A DNA stretch of 63,956 bases, filler included, from Raillietiella orientalis (lineage: Eukaryota): the NCBI GenBank assembly GCA_036172245.1. It is 3 parts of 3 records of this genome, joined end to end, with 100 filler letters (N's around TTAATTAATTAA, not from the genome) between each part and the next. Parts side by side here need not be neighbours in the genome. Positions count along the whole stretch, not along the records: positions 1 to 27,757 come from JAYWIR010000212.1; 2 more parts are not named here. The stretch is one strand, 5' to 3'. The translations under genes and the position numbers were made by a program. This document shows positions 15,001-27,857 of this stretch, piece after piece. Every line of letters starts with the position of its first letter. Position 1 is the first letter of the stretch. Below the pieces are notes generated by a model that was given only the letters and a program-made list of their open reading frames with translations, had not been told where the DNA came from and did not search any database.

Positions 15001-15760
15001 GAACTGTTCTTAATGATCCTCTGAAACCAGGAAATTGGGAGGCTTTGTGGCTCTCCATGAAAGAATTTTGCCACTCACTGCAAATGAAAGGTTCGTGAAG
15101 AGGCGCAAAAGTGCAATGGTGAAATCTTCTGATTTCGAGTTGATTACAAAACCTCAATAGTTGCGAATTTGGACCAAATAATGAATCAGCGCGAATGAGA
15201 AGATTGCCTTTCTAATTCCGACACTGGTTACCATGAAAACAACACAGAATCCAAAGTGCCACGCCCTAATGAAATGTCGAACTCTTCTTAATGATTCTCT
15301 GAAACCAGGAAATTGGTAGGCTTTGCGGCTCTCCATGAAGGGAATTTGCCACTCACTGGAAATTAAAGGTTCGTGAAGAGGCGCAAAAGTGCATTGGTGA
15401 AATCTTCTGATTTCGAGTTGATTACAAAACCTCAATAGTTGCAAATTTGGACCAAATAATGAATCAGAGCGAAGGAGAAGATTGCTCTTTAAATTCCGAC
15501 CCTGGTTACTTTGAAAACAACAGAGAATGCAAAGTGCCACGCCCTAATGAAAAGTCGGACTCTTCTTAACGATCCTCTGAAACCAGGATATTGGAAGGCT
15601 CTGCTGCTCTCCATGACGTGAATTTCGCACTCACTGCAAATGGAAGGTTCGTGAAGAGGCGCAAAAGTGCAATGGTGAAATCTTCTGATTTCGAGTTGAT
15701 TACAAAACCTCAATAGTTGCAAATTTGGACCAAATAATGAATCAGAGCGAATGAGAAGAT
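1..15760. repeat. Satellite A subfamily A1 with higher-order repeats (18-mer of about 5001 bp, then about 11-mer and 3-mer blocks)
   Basis: Rare variants recur at +5001 (ATGTTGAAATC at about 125/5126; CAAGAGTTGC at about 720/5721). A 275-bp monomer (GTCGGACTCTTAACG) occurs at about 2231, 7226 and 10280. Confidence 0.9.
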
Positions 15761-18700
15761 TGCCATTCTCATTCCGACGCTGGTTACCATGAAAACAACA
15801 CAGAATGCAAAGTGCCACGCCTCCCTAATGAAATGTCGATCTCTTCTTAATGATCCTCTGAAACCAGGAAATTAAGAGGCTTTTTGGCTCTCCATGAAGG
15901 GAATTTGCCACTCACTGCAAATGATAGGTGCGTGAAGAGCCGCAAAAGTGCAATGGTGAAATCTTCTGATTTCGAGTTGATTACAAAACCTCAATAGTTG
16001 CAAATTTGGACCAAATAATAAATCAGAGCGAAGGAGAACATTGCCATTCTCATACCGACGCTGGTTACCATGAAAACAACACAGAATGCAAAGTGCCACG
16101 CCCTAATGAAATGTCGAACTCTTCTTAATGATCCTCTGAAACCAGGAAATTGGGAGGCTTTGCGGCTCTCCATGAAGGGAGTTTGCCACTCACTGCAAAT
16201 GAAAGGTTCGTGAAGAGGCGCAAAAGTGCAATGGTGAAATCTTGTGATTTCGAATTGATTACAAAACCTGAATAGTTGCAAATTACAAGTTAATAATGAA
16301 TCAGAGCGAAGGAGCAGACTGCCTTTCTAATTCCGACACTGGTTACCATGAAAACAACACAGAATCCAAAGTGCCACGTCTCAATGAAATGTCGAACTCT
16401 TCTTAATGATCCTATGAAACCAGGAAATTGGGAGGCTTTGCGGCTCTCCATGAAGGGAGTTTGCCACTCACTGCAAATGAAAGGTTCGTGAAGAGGCGCA
16501 AAAGTGCAATCGTGAAATCTTCTGATTTCGAGTTGATTACAAAACCTCAATAGTTGCAAATTTAAACCAAATAATGAATCAGAGCGAAGGAGAAGATTGC
16601 CATTCTCATACCGACGCTGGTTACCATTAAAAACAACACAGAATGCAAAGTGCCACGCCCTAATGAAATGTCGAACTCTTCTTAATGATCCTCTGAAACC
16701 AGGAAATTGGGAGGCTTTGTGGCTCTCCATGAAGGGAATTTGCCACTCACTGCAAATGAAAGGTTCGTGAAGAGGCGCAAAAGTGCAATCGTGAAATCTT
16801 CTGATTTCGAGTTGATTACAAAACCTCAATAGTTGCAAATTTGGACCAAATAATGAATCAGAGCGAAGGAGAAGATTGCCATTCTCATTCCGACGCTGGT
16901 TACCATGAAAACAACACAGAATGCAAAGTGCCACGCCCCCCTAATGAAATGTCGAACTCTTCTTAATGATCCTCTGAAACCAGGAAATTGGGAGGCTTTG
17001 TGGCTCTCCATGAAGGGAATTTGCCACTCACTGCAAATGGATGGTTCCTGAAGAGGCGCAAAAGTGCAATGGTGAAATCTTCTGATTTCGAATTGATTAC
17101 AAAACCACAATAGTTGCAAATTTGGACCACATAATGAATCAGAGCGAAGGAGAAGATTGCCATTCTCATTCCGACACTTTTACCATGAAAAGAACACAGA
17201 ATCAAAGTGCCACGCCCTGGAAATGTCGAACTCTTCTTAATGATCCTCTGAAACAGAAATTGGAGGCTTTGGCAATCTCCAACAGAGAATATGCATAACA
17301 AAATGAAGATTCCGTGAAGAAACGCAATGCAATGAGCGAAATCTTCTGATTTCAGATTGAATACAAACCTAATAGTTACAATTCTGACCAAATAATGAAT
17401 CAGAGCGAATGGAAGATGCCTTTCTAATTCCAAAACTAGTTCTGAAAACAACACAGAATGCAAAGTGCCACGCCCTAATGAAATGTCGAACTCTTCTTAA
17501 TGATCCTCTGAGACCAGGAAATTAAGAGGCTTTGCGGCAATCCATGAAGGGAATTTGCCACTCACTGCAAATGAAAGGTTCGTGAAGAGGCGCAAAAGTG
17601 CAATGGAGAAATCTTCTGATTTCGAGTTGATTACAAAACCTCAATAGTTGCAAATTTGGACCAAATAATGAATCAGAGCGAAGGAGAATTCCCATTCTCA
17701 TACCAACTCTGATTACCATAAAAACAACAAAGATACAAAATGCACCCTAATAATCATTCTTATGATCCTCTGAAACCAGGAAATTGGGAGGCTTTGTGGC
17801 TCTTTATGAAGGGAATTTGCCACTCACTGCAAATGGATGGTTCCTGAAGAGGCGCAAAAGTGCAATGGTGAAATCTTCTGATTTCGAGTTGATTACAAAA
17901 CCTCAATAGTTGCAAATTTGGACCAAATAATGAATCAGAGCGAAGGAGAAGATTGCCATTCTCATTCCGACGCTGGTTACCATGAAAACAACACAGAATG
18001 CAAAGTGCCACGCCCCCCTAATGAAATGTCGAACTCTTCTTAATGATCCTCTGAAACCAGGAAATTGGGAGGCTTTGTGGCTCTCCATGAAGGGAATATG
18101 CCACTCACTGCAAATGAAAGGTTCGTGAAGAAGCGCAAAAGTGCAATGGTGAAATCTTCTGATTTCGAGTTGATTACAAAACCTCAATAGTTGCAAATTC
18201 TGACCAAATAATGAATCTAGGCGAATAAGAAGATTGCCTTTCTAATTCGACACTGTAGTTATCATGAAAACAACGAATACAAAGTGCCACGCCCTAATGA
18301 AATGTCGAACTCTTCTTAATGATCCTCTTGAAGCCGCAGAAATTAAGAACTTTGCTTCAATCTATGAAGAATTGCCACTCACTGCAAATGAAAGGTTTCG
18401 TGAAGGCTGAGTACAGCTAGTGAAATCTTCTGATTCGAACTAGATTCAAAACCTCAATAGTTGCAAATTTGGACCAAATAATGAAACAGAGCGAAGGAGA
18501 AGATTGCCATTCTCATTCCGACGCTGTTTACCATGAAAACAACACAGAATGCAAAGTGCCACGCCCTAATGAAATGTCGAACTCTTCTTAATGATCCTCT
18601 GAAACCAGGAAATTAAGAGGCTTTTTGGCTCTCCATGAAGGGAATTTGCCACTCACTGCAAATGAAAGGTTCGTGAAGAAGCGCAAAAGTGCAATGGTGA

Positions 18701-21700
18701 AATCTTCTGATTTCGAGTTGATTACAAAACCTCAATAGTTGCAAATTTGGACCAAATAATGAATCAGAGCGCAGAAGAAGATTGCCATTCTCATACCGAC
18801 GCTGGTTACCATGAAAACAACACAGAATGCAAAGTGCCACGCCCTAATGAAATGTCGAACTCTTCTTAATGATCCTCTGAAACCAGGAAATTGGGAGGCT
18901 TTGCGGCAATCCATGAAGGGAATTTGCCACTCACTGCAAATGGATGGTTCCTGAAGAGGCGCAAAAGTGCAATGGTGAAATCTTCTGATTTCGAATTGAT
19001 TACAAAACCACAATAGTTGCAAATTTGGACCACATAATGAATCAGAGCGAAGGAGAAGATTGCCATTCTCATTCCGACACTGGTTACCATGAAAAGAACA
19101 CAGAATCCAAAGTGCCACGTCTCAATGAAATGTCGAACTCTTCTTAATGATCCTATGAAACCAGGAAATTGGGAGGCTTTGCGGCTCTCCATGAAGGGAG
19201 TTTGCCACTCACTGCAAATGAAAGGTTCGTGAAGAGGCGCAAAAGTGCAATCGTGAAATCTTCTGATTTCGAGTTGATTACAAAACCTCAATAGTTGCAA
19301 ATTTAAACCAAATAATGAATCAGAGCGAAGGAGAAGATTGCCATTCTCATACCGACGCTGGTTACCATTGAAAACAACACAGAATACAAAGTGCCACGCC
19401 CTAATGAAATGTCGAACTCTTCTTAATGATCCTCTGAAACCAGGAAATTGGGAGGCTTTGCGGCAATCCATGAAGGGAATTTGCCACTCACTGCAAATGA
19501 AAGGTTCGTGAAGAGGCGCAAAAGTGCAATCGTGAAATCTTCTGATTTCGAGTTGATTACAAAACCTCAATAGTTGCAAATTTGGACCAAATAATGAATC
19601 AGAGCGAAGGAGAAGATTGCCATTCTCATTCCGACGCTGGTTACCATGCAAACAACACAGAATGAAAAGTGCCACGCCCCCCTAATGAAATGTCGAACTC
19701 TTCTTAATGATCCTTTGAAACCAGGAAATTGGGAGGCTTTCTGGCTCTCCATGAAGGGAATTTGCCACTCACTGCAAATGGATGGTTCCTGAAGAGGCGC
19801 AAAAGTGCAATGGTGAAATCTTCTGATTTCGAATTGATTACAAAACCACAATAGTTGCAAATTTGGACCACATAATGAATCAGAGCGAAGGAGAAGATTG
19901 CCATTCTCATTCCGACACTGGTTACTATGGAAAGAACACAGAATCCAAAGTGCCACGCCCCCCTAATGAAATGTCGAACTCTTCTTAATGATCCTCTGAA
20001 ACCAGGAAATTGGGAGGCTTTGTGGCTCTCCATGAAGGGAATATGCCACTCACTGCAAATGAAAGGTTCGTGAAGAAGCGCAAAAGTGCAATGGTGAAAT
20101 CTTCTGATTTCGAGTTGATTACAAAACCTCAATAGTTGCAAATTCTGACCAAATAATGAATCAGAGCGAATGAGAAGATTGCCTTTTAAATTACGACACT
20201 GGTTACCATGAAAACAACACAGAATGCAAAGTGCCACGCCCCCCTAATGAAATGTCGAACTCTTCTTAATGATCCTCTGAAACCAGGAAATTAAGAGGCT
20301 TTTTGGCTCTCCATGAAGGGAATTTGCCACTCACTGCAAATGATAGGTTCGTGAAGAGCCGCAAAAGTGCAATGGTGAAATCTTCTGATTTCGAGTTGAT
20401 TACAAAACCTCAATAGTTGCAAATTTGGACGAAATAATGAATCAGAGCGAAGGAGAAGATTGCCATTCTCATACCGACGCTGGTTACCATGAAAACAACA
20501 CAGAATGCAAAGTGCCACACCCTAATGAAATGTCGAACTCTTCTTAATGATCCTCTGAAACCAGGAAATTGGGAGGCTTTGCGGCAATCCATGAAGGGAA
20601 TTTGCCACTCACTGCAAATGGATGGTTCCTGAAGAGGCGCAAAAGTGCAATCGTGAAATCTTCTGATTTCGAGTTGATTACAAAACCTCAATAGTTGCAA
20701 ATTTGGACCAAATAATGAATCAGAGCGAAGGAGAAGATTGCCATTCTCATTCCGACGCTGGTTACCATGAAAACAACACAGAATGCAAAGTGCCACGCCC
20801 CCCTAATGAAATGTCGAACTCTCCTTAATGATCCTCTGAAACCAGGAAATTGGGAGGCTTTCTTGCTCTCCATGAAGGGAATTTGCCACTCACTGCAAAT
20901 GGATGGTTCCTGAAGAGGCGCAAAAGTGCAATGGTGAAATCTTCTGATTTCGAATTGATTACAAAACCACAATAGTTGCAAATTTGGACCACATAATGAA
21001 TCAGAGCGAAGGAGAAGATTGCCATTCTCATTCCGACACTGGTTACTATGGAAAGAACACAGAATCCAAAGTGCCACGCCCCCCTAATGAAATGTCGAAC
21101 TCTTCTTAATGATCCTCTGAAACCAGGAAATTGGGAGGCTTTGTGGCTCTCCATGAAGGGAATATGCCACTCACTGCAAATGAAAGGTTCGTGAAGAAGC
21201 GCAAAAGTGCAATGGCGAAATCTTCTGATTTCGAGTTGATTACAAAACCTCAATAGTTGCAAATTCTGACCAAATAATGAATCAGAGCGAATGAGAAGAT
21301 TGCCTTTCTAATTCCGACACTGGTTACCATGAAAACAACACAGAATGCAAAGTGCCACGCCCCCCTAATGAAATGTCGAACTCTTCTTAATGATCCTCTG
21401 AAACCAGGAAATTAAGAGGCTTTTTGGCTCTCCATGAAGGGAATTTGCCACTCACTGCAAATGATAGGTTCGTGAAGAGCCGCAAAAGTGCAATGGTGAA
21501 ATCTTCTGATTTCGAGTTGATTAAAAAACCTCAATAGTTGCAAATTTGGACGAAATAATGAATCAGAGCGAAGGAGAAGATTGCCATTCTCATACCGACG
21601 CTGGTTACCATGAAAACAACACAGAATGCAAAGTGCCACGCCCTAATGAAATGTCGAACTCTTCTTAATGATCCTCTGAAACCAGGAAATTGGGAGGCTT

Positions 21701-24700
21701 TGCGGCAATCCATGAAGGGAATTTGCCACTCACTGCAAATGGATGGTTCCTGAAGAGGCGCAAAAGTGCAATGGTGAAATCTTCTGATTTCGAATTGATT
21801 ACAAAACCACAATAGTTGCAAATTTGGACCACATAATGAATCAGAGCGAAGGAGAAGATTGCCATTCTCATTCAGACTTTGGTTACCATGAAAAGAACAC
21901 AGAATGCAAAGTGCCACGCCCCCTAATGAAATGTCGAACTCTTCTTAATGATCCTCTGAAACCAGGAAATTAAGAGGCTTTTTGGCTCTCCATGAAGGGA
22001 ATTTGCCACTCACTGCAAATGGATGGTTCCTGAAGAGGCGCAAAAGTGCAATGGTGAAATCTTCTGATTTCGAGTTGATTACAAAACCTCAATAGTTGCA
22101 AATTTGGACCAAATAATGAAACAGAGCGAAGGAGAAGATTGCCATTCTCATTCCGACGCTGGTTACCATGAAAACAACACAGAATGCAAAGTGCCACGCC
22201 CCCCTAATGAAATGTCGAACTCTTCTTAATGATCCTATGAAACCAGGAAATTGGGAGGCTTTGTGGCTCTCCATGAAGGGAATTTGCCACTCACTGCAAA
22301 TGGATGGTTCCTGAAGAGGCGCAAAAGTGCAATGGTGAAATCTCCTGATTTCGAATTGATTACAAAACCACAATAGTTGCAAATTTGGACCACATAATGA
22401 ATCAGAGCGAAGGAGAAGATTGCCATTCTCATTCCGACACTGGTTACCATGAAAAGAACACAGAATGCAAAGTGCCACGCCCCCCTAATGAAATGTCGAA
22501 CTCTTCTTAATGATCCTCTGAAACCAGGAAATTAAGAGGCTTTTTGGCTCTCCATGAAGGGAATTTGCCACTCACTGCAAATGATAGGTTCGTGAAGAGC
22601 CGCAAAAGTGCAATGGTGAAATCTTCTGATTTCGAGTTGATTACAAAACCTCAATAGTTGCAAATTTGGACCAAATAATGAATCAGAGCGAAGGAAAAGA
22701 TTGCCATTCTCATACCGACGCTGGTTACCATGAAAACAACACAGAATGCAAAGTGCCGCACACAATGAAATGTCGAACTCTTCTTAATGATCCTCTGAAA
22801 CCAGGAAATTGGGAGGCTTTGCGGCTCTCCATGAAGGGTACACTCACTGCAAATGAAAGGTTCGTGAAGAGGCGCAAAAGTGCAATGGTGAAATCTTGTG
22901 ATTTCGAATTGATTACAAAACCTGAATACCAACAAGAAATTACAAGTTAATAATGAATCAGAGCGAAGGAGCAGACTGCCTTTCTAATTCCGACACTGGT
23001 TACCATGAAAACAACACAGAATCCAAAGTGCCACGTCTCAATGAAATGTCGAACTCTTCTTAATGATCCTATGAAACCAGGAAATTGAAAGGCTTTGCGG
23101 CTCTCCATGAAGGGAGTTTGCCACTCACTGCAAATGAAAGGTTCGTGAAGAGGCGCAAAAGTGCAATGGTGAAATCTTCTGATTTCGAGTTGATTACAAA
23201 ACCTCAGTAGTTGCAAATTTGGACCAAATAATGAATCAGAGCGAATGAGAAGATTGCCTTTCTAATTCCGACACTGGTTACCATGAAAACAACACAGAAT
23301 CCAAAGTGCCACGTCTCAATGAAATGTCGAACTCTTCTTAATGATCCTCTGAAACCAGGAAATTGGGAGGCTTTGCGGCTCTCCATGAAAGGAATTTGCC
23401 ACTCACTGCAAATGAAAGGTTCGTGAAGAGGCGCAAAAGTGCAATGGTGAAATCTTCTGATTTCGAGTTGATTACAAAGCCTCAATAGTTGCAAATTTGG
23501 ACCAAATAATGAATCAGAGCGAAGGAGAAGATTGCCATTCTCATTCCGACGCTGGTTACCATGAAAACAACACAGAATGCAAAGTGCCACGCCCCCCTAA
23601 TGAAATGTCGAACTCTTCTTAATGATCCTCTGAAACCAGGAAATTGGGAGGCTTTGTGGCTCTCCATGAAGGGAATTTGCCACTCACTGCAAATGGATGG
23701 TTCCTGAAGAGGCGCAAAAGTGCAATGGTGAAATCTTCTGATTTCGAATTGATTACAAAACCACAATAGTTGCAAATTTGGACCACATAATGAATCAGAG
23801 CGAAGGAGAAGATTGCCATTCTCATTCCGACACTGGTTACCATGAAAAGAACACAGAATCCAAAGTGCCACGCCCCCCTAATGAAATGTCGAACTCTTCT
23901 TAATGATCCTCTGAAACCAGGAAATTGGGAGGCTTTGTGGCTCTCCATGAAGGGAATATGCCACTCACTGCAAATGAAAGGTTCGTGAAGAAGCGCAAAA
24001 GTGCAATGGTGAAATCTTCTGATTTCGAGTTGATTACAAAACCTCAATAGTTGCAAATTCTGACCAAATAATGAATCAGAGCGAATGAGAAGATTGCCTT
24101 TCTAATTCCGACACTGGTTACCATGAAAACAACACAGAATGCAAAGTGCCACGCCCTAATGAAATGTAGAACTCTTCTTAATGATCCTCTGAAACCAGGA
24201 AATTAAGAGGCTTTGCGGCAATCCATGAAGGGAATTTGCCACTCACTGCAAATGAAAGGTTCGTGAAGAGGCGCAAAAGTGCAATGGTGAAATCTTCTGA
24301 TTTCGAGTTGATTACAAAACCTCAATAGTTGCAAATTTGGACCAAATAATGAATCAGAGGGAAGGAGAAGATTGCCATTCTCATTCCGACGCTGGTTACC
24401 ATGAAAACAACACAGAATGCAAAGTGCCACGCCTCCCTAATGAAATGTCGAACTCTTCTTAATGATCCTCTGAAACCAGGAAATTAAGAGGCTTTTTGGC
24501 TCTCCATGAAGGGAATTTGCCACTCACTGCAAATGGATGGTTCCTGAAGAGGCGCAAAAGTGCAATGGTGAAATCTTCTGATTTCGAGTTGATTACAAAA
24601 CCTCAATAGTTGCAAATTTGGACCACATAATGAATCAGAGCGAAGAAGATTGCCATTCTCATTCCGACACTGGTTACCATGAAAACAACACAGAATCCAA

Positions 24701-27700
24701 AGTGCCACCCCCCTAATAAAATGAACTCTTCTTAATGATCCTCTGAAACCAGGAAATTGGGAGGCTTTGTGGCTCTCCATGAAGGGAATATACCCTCACT
24801 GCAAATGAAAGGTTCGTGAAGAAGCGCAAAAGTGCAATGGTGAAATCTTCTGATTTCGAGTTGATTACAAAACCTCAATAGTTGCAAATTCTGACCAAAT
24901 AATGAATCAGAGCGAATGAGAAGATTGCCTTTCTAATTCCGACACTGGTTACCATGAAAACAACACAGAATGCAAAGTGCCACGCCCTAATGAAATGTAG
25001 AACTCTTCTTAATGATCCTCTGAAACCAGGAAATTAAGAGGCTTTGCGGCAATCCATGAAGGGAATTTGCCACTCACTGCAAATGAAAGGTTCGTGAAGA
25101 GGCGCAAAAGTGCAATGGTGAAATCTTCTGATTTCGAGTTGATTACAAAACCTCAATAGTTGCAAATTTGGACCAAATAATGAATCAGAGGGAAGGAGAA
25201 GATTGCCATTCTCATTCCGACGCTGGTTACCATGAAAACAACACAGAATGCAAAGTGCCACGCCTCCCTAATGAAATGTCGAACTCTTCTTAATGATCCT
25301 CTGAAACCAGGAAATTAAGAGGCTTTTTGGCTCTCCATGAAGGCAATTTGCCACTCACTGCAAATGGATGGTTCCTGAAGAGGCGCAAAAGTGCAATGGT
25401 GAAATCTTCTGATTTCGAGTTGATTACAAAACCTCAATAGTTGCAAATTCTGACCAAATAATGAATCAGAGCGAATGAGAAGATTGCCTTTCTAATTCCG
25501 ACACTGGTTACCATGAAAACAACACAGAATCCAAAGTGCCACGCCCCCATAATGAAATGTCGAACTGTTCTTAATGATCCTCTGAAACCAGGAAATTGGG
25601 AGGCTTTGCGGATCTCCATGAAGAGTACTTGCCACTCACTGCAAATGGATGGTTCCTGAAGAGGCGCAAAAGTGCAATGGTGAAATCTTCTCATTTCTAG
25701 TTGATTACAAAACCTCAATAGTTGCAAATTTGGACCAAATAATGAATCAGAGCGAAGGAGAAGATTGCCATTCTCATACCGACGCTGGTTACCATGAAAA
25801 CAACACAGAATGCAAAGTGCCACGCCCTAATGAAATGTCGAACTCTTCTTAATGATCCTCTGAAACCAGGAAATTGGGAGGCTTTGCGGCTCTCCATGAA
25901 GGGAGATTGCCACTCACTGCAAATGAAAGGTTCGTGAAGAGGCGCAAAAGTGCAATCGTGAAATCTTCTGATTTCGAGTTGATTACAAAACCTCAATAGT
26001 TGCAAATTCTGACCAAATAATGAATCAGAGCGAATGAGAAGATTGCCTTTCTAATTCCGACACTGGTTACCATGAAAACAACACAGAATGCAAAGTGCCA
26101 CGCCCTAATGAAATGTCGAACTCTTCTTAATGATCCTCTGAAACCAGGAAATTAAGAGGCTTTGCGGCAATCCATGAAGGGAATTTGCCACTCACTGCAA
26201 ATGAAAGGTTCGTGAAGAGGAGGAAAAGTGCAATGGTGAAATCTTCTGATTTCGAGTTGATTACAAAACCACAATAGTTGCAAATTTGGACCACATAATG
26301 AATCAGAGCGAAGGAGAAGATTGCCATTCTCATTCCGACACTGGTTACAGAAAGAACACAGAATCCAAAGTGCCACGCCCCCCTAATGAAATGTCGAACT
26401 CTTCTTAATGATCCTCTGAAACCAGGAAATTGGGAGGCTTTGAGAAAAACACACACAAAAAGTGGATATTGAAGGGAATATGCCACTCACTGCAAATGAA
26501 AGGTTCGTGAAGAAGCGCAAAAGTGCAATGGTGAAATCTTCTGATTTCGAGTTGATTACAAAACCTCAATAGTTGCAAATTCTGACCAAATAATGAATCA
26601 GAGCGAATGAGAAGATTGCCTTTCTAATTCCGACGCTGGTTACCATGAAAACAACACAGAATCCAAAGTGCCACGCCCCCATAATGAAATGTCGAACTGT
26701 TCTTAATGATCCTCTGAAACCAGGAAATTGGGAGGCTTTGCGGATCTCCATGAAGAGTACTTGCCACTCACTGCAAATGAAAGGTTCGTGAAGAGGCGCA
26801 AAAGTGCAATGGTGAAATCTTCTGATTTCGAGTTGATTACAAAACCTCAATAGTTGCAAATTTGGACCAAATAATGAATCAGAGCGAAGGAGAAGATTGC
26901 CATTCTCATTCCGACACTGGTTACCATGAAAAGAACACAGAATGCAAAGTGCCACGCCCCGCTAATGAAATGTCGAACTCTTCTTAATGATCATCTGAAA
27001 CCAGGAAATTGGGAGGCTTTGTGGCTCTTTATGAAGGGAATATGCCACTCACTGCAAATGAAAGGTTCGTGAAGAAGCGCAAAAGTGCAATGGTGAAATC
27101 TTCTGATTTCGAGTTGATTACAAAACCTAAATAGTTGCAAATTCTGACCAAATAATGAATCAGAGCGAATGAGAAGATTGCCATTCTCATACCGACGCTG
27201 GTTACCATGAAAACAACACAGAATCCAAAGTGCCACGCCCCCATAATGAAATGTCGAACTCTTCTTAATGATCATCTGAAACCAGGAAATTGGGAGGCTT
27301 TGTGGCTCTTTATGAAGGGAATATGCCACTCACTGCAAATGAAAGGTTCGTGAAGAAGCGCAAAAGTGCAATGGTGAAATCTTCTCATTTCTAGTTGATT
27401 ACAAAACCTCAATAGTTGCAAATTTGGACCAAATAATGAATCAGAGCGAAGGAGAAGATTGCCATTCTCATACCGACGCTGGTTACCATGAAAACAACAC
27501 AGAATCCAAAGTGCCACGCCCCCATAATGAAATGTCGAGCTGTTCTTAATGATCCTCTGAAACCAGGAAATTAAGAGGCTTTGCGGCAATCCATGAAGGG
27601 AATTTGCCACTCACTGCAAATGGATGGTTCCTGAAGAGGCGCAAAAGTGCAATGGTGAAATCTTCTCATTTCTAGTTGATTACAAAACCTCAATAGTTGC

Positions 27701-27757
27701 AAATTTGGACCAAATAATGAATCAGAGCGAAGGAGAAGATTGCCATTCTCATACCGA
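15760..27757. repeat. Satellite A subfamily A2 (278/281-bp monomers)
   Basis: Diagnostic variants absent upstream: GCCATTCTCA(T/A), a +3 insertion in CCACGCCCCCCTAATG, GCGGCAATCC and GGTTCCTGAAG. There is a local 1121-bp 4-mer period (19704/20825; 20291/21412). Confidence 0.9.
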
Positions 27758-27857
27758 NNNNNNNNNNNNNNNNNNNNNNNNNNNNNNNNNNNNNNNNNNN
27801 NTTAATTAATTAANNNNNNNNNNNNNNNNNNNNNNNNNNNNNNNNNNNNNNNNNNNN
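27758..27857. other. Artificial contig-joining spacer N44-TTAATTAATTAA-N44
   Basis: Exactly 100 bp; the palindromic 12-mer puts stops in all six frames; an identical spacer lies at 54999-55098. Confidence 0.98.

Larger units (their letters stand above)
1..27757. repeat. Tandem satellite array A, 278-bp monomer (about 100 copies, head-to-tail)
   Basis: Landmarks such as TTGATTACAAAACCTCAATAGTTGCAAA and CCGACACTGGTTACCATGAAAAC recur every 278 bp (ORF track starts 163, 441, 719, 997, 1275...) up to the assembly gap. Confidence 0.99.

Noticed and set aside
17170..18450. Patches of strongly degenerate monomers (also about 6200-6230 and 26440-26475)
   Set aside because: Clustered small indels amid near-perfect neighbours look like low-coverage long-read consensus errors; they cannot be treated as biology without reads.
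163..27757. About 96-aa minus-strand ORF repeated in most satellite A monomers (apparent tandem gene family)
   Set aside because: It starts at TTG, overlaps the next copy and has no recognisable domain. The 278-bp period is not a multiple of 3, and in homologous satellite B the listed open frames are on the opposite strand.
1..27757. CRISPR array or repeat-spacer cassette
   Set aside because: The whole monomer is repeated, with no unique spacers and no cas genes.
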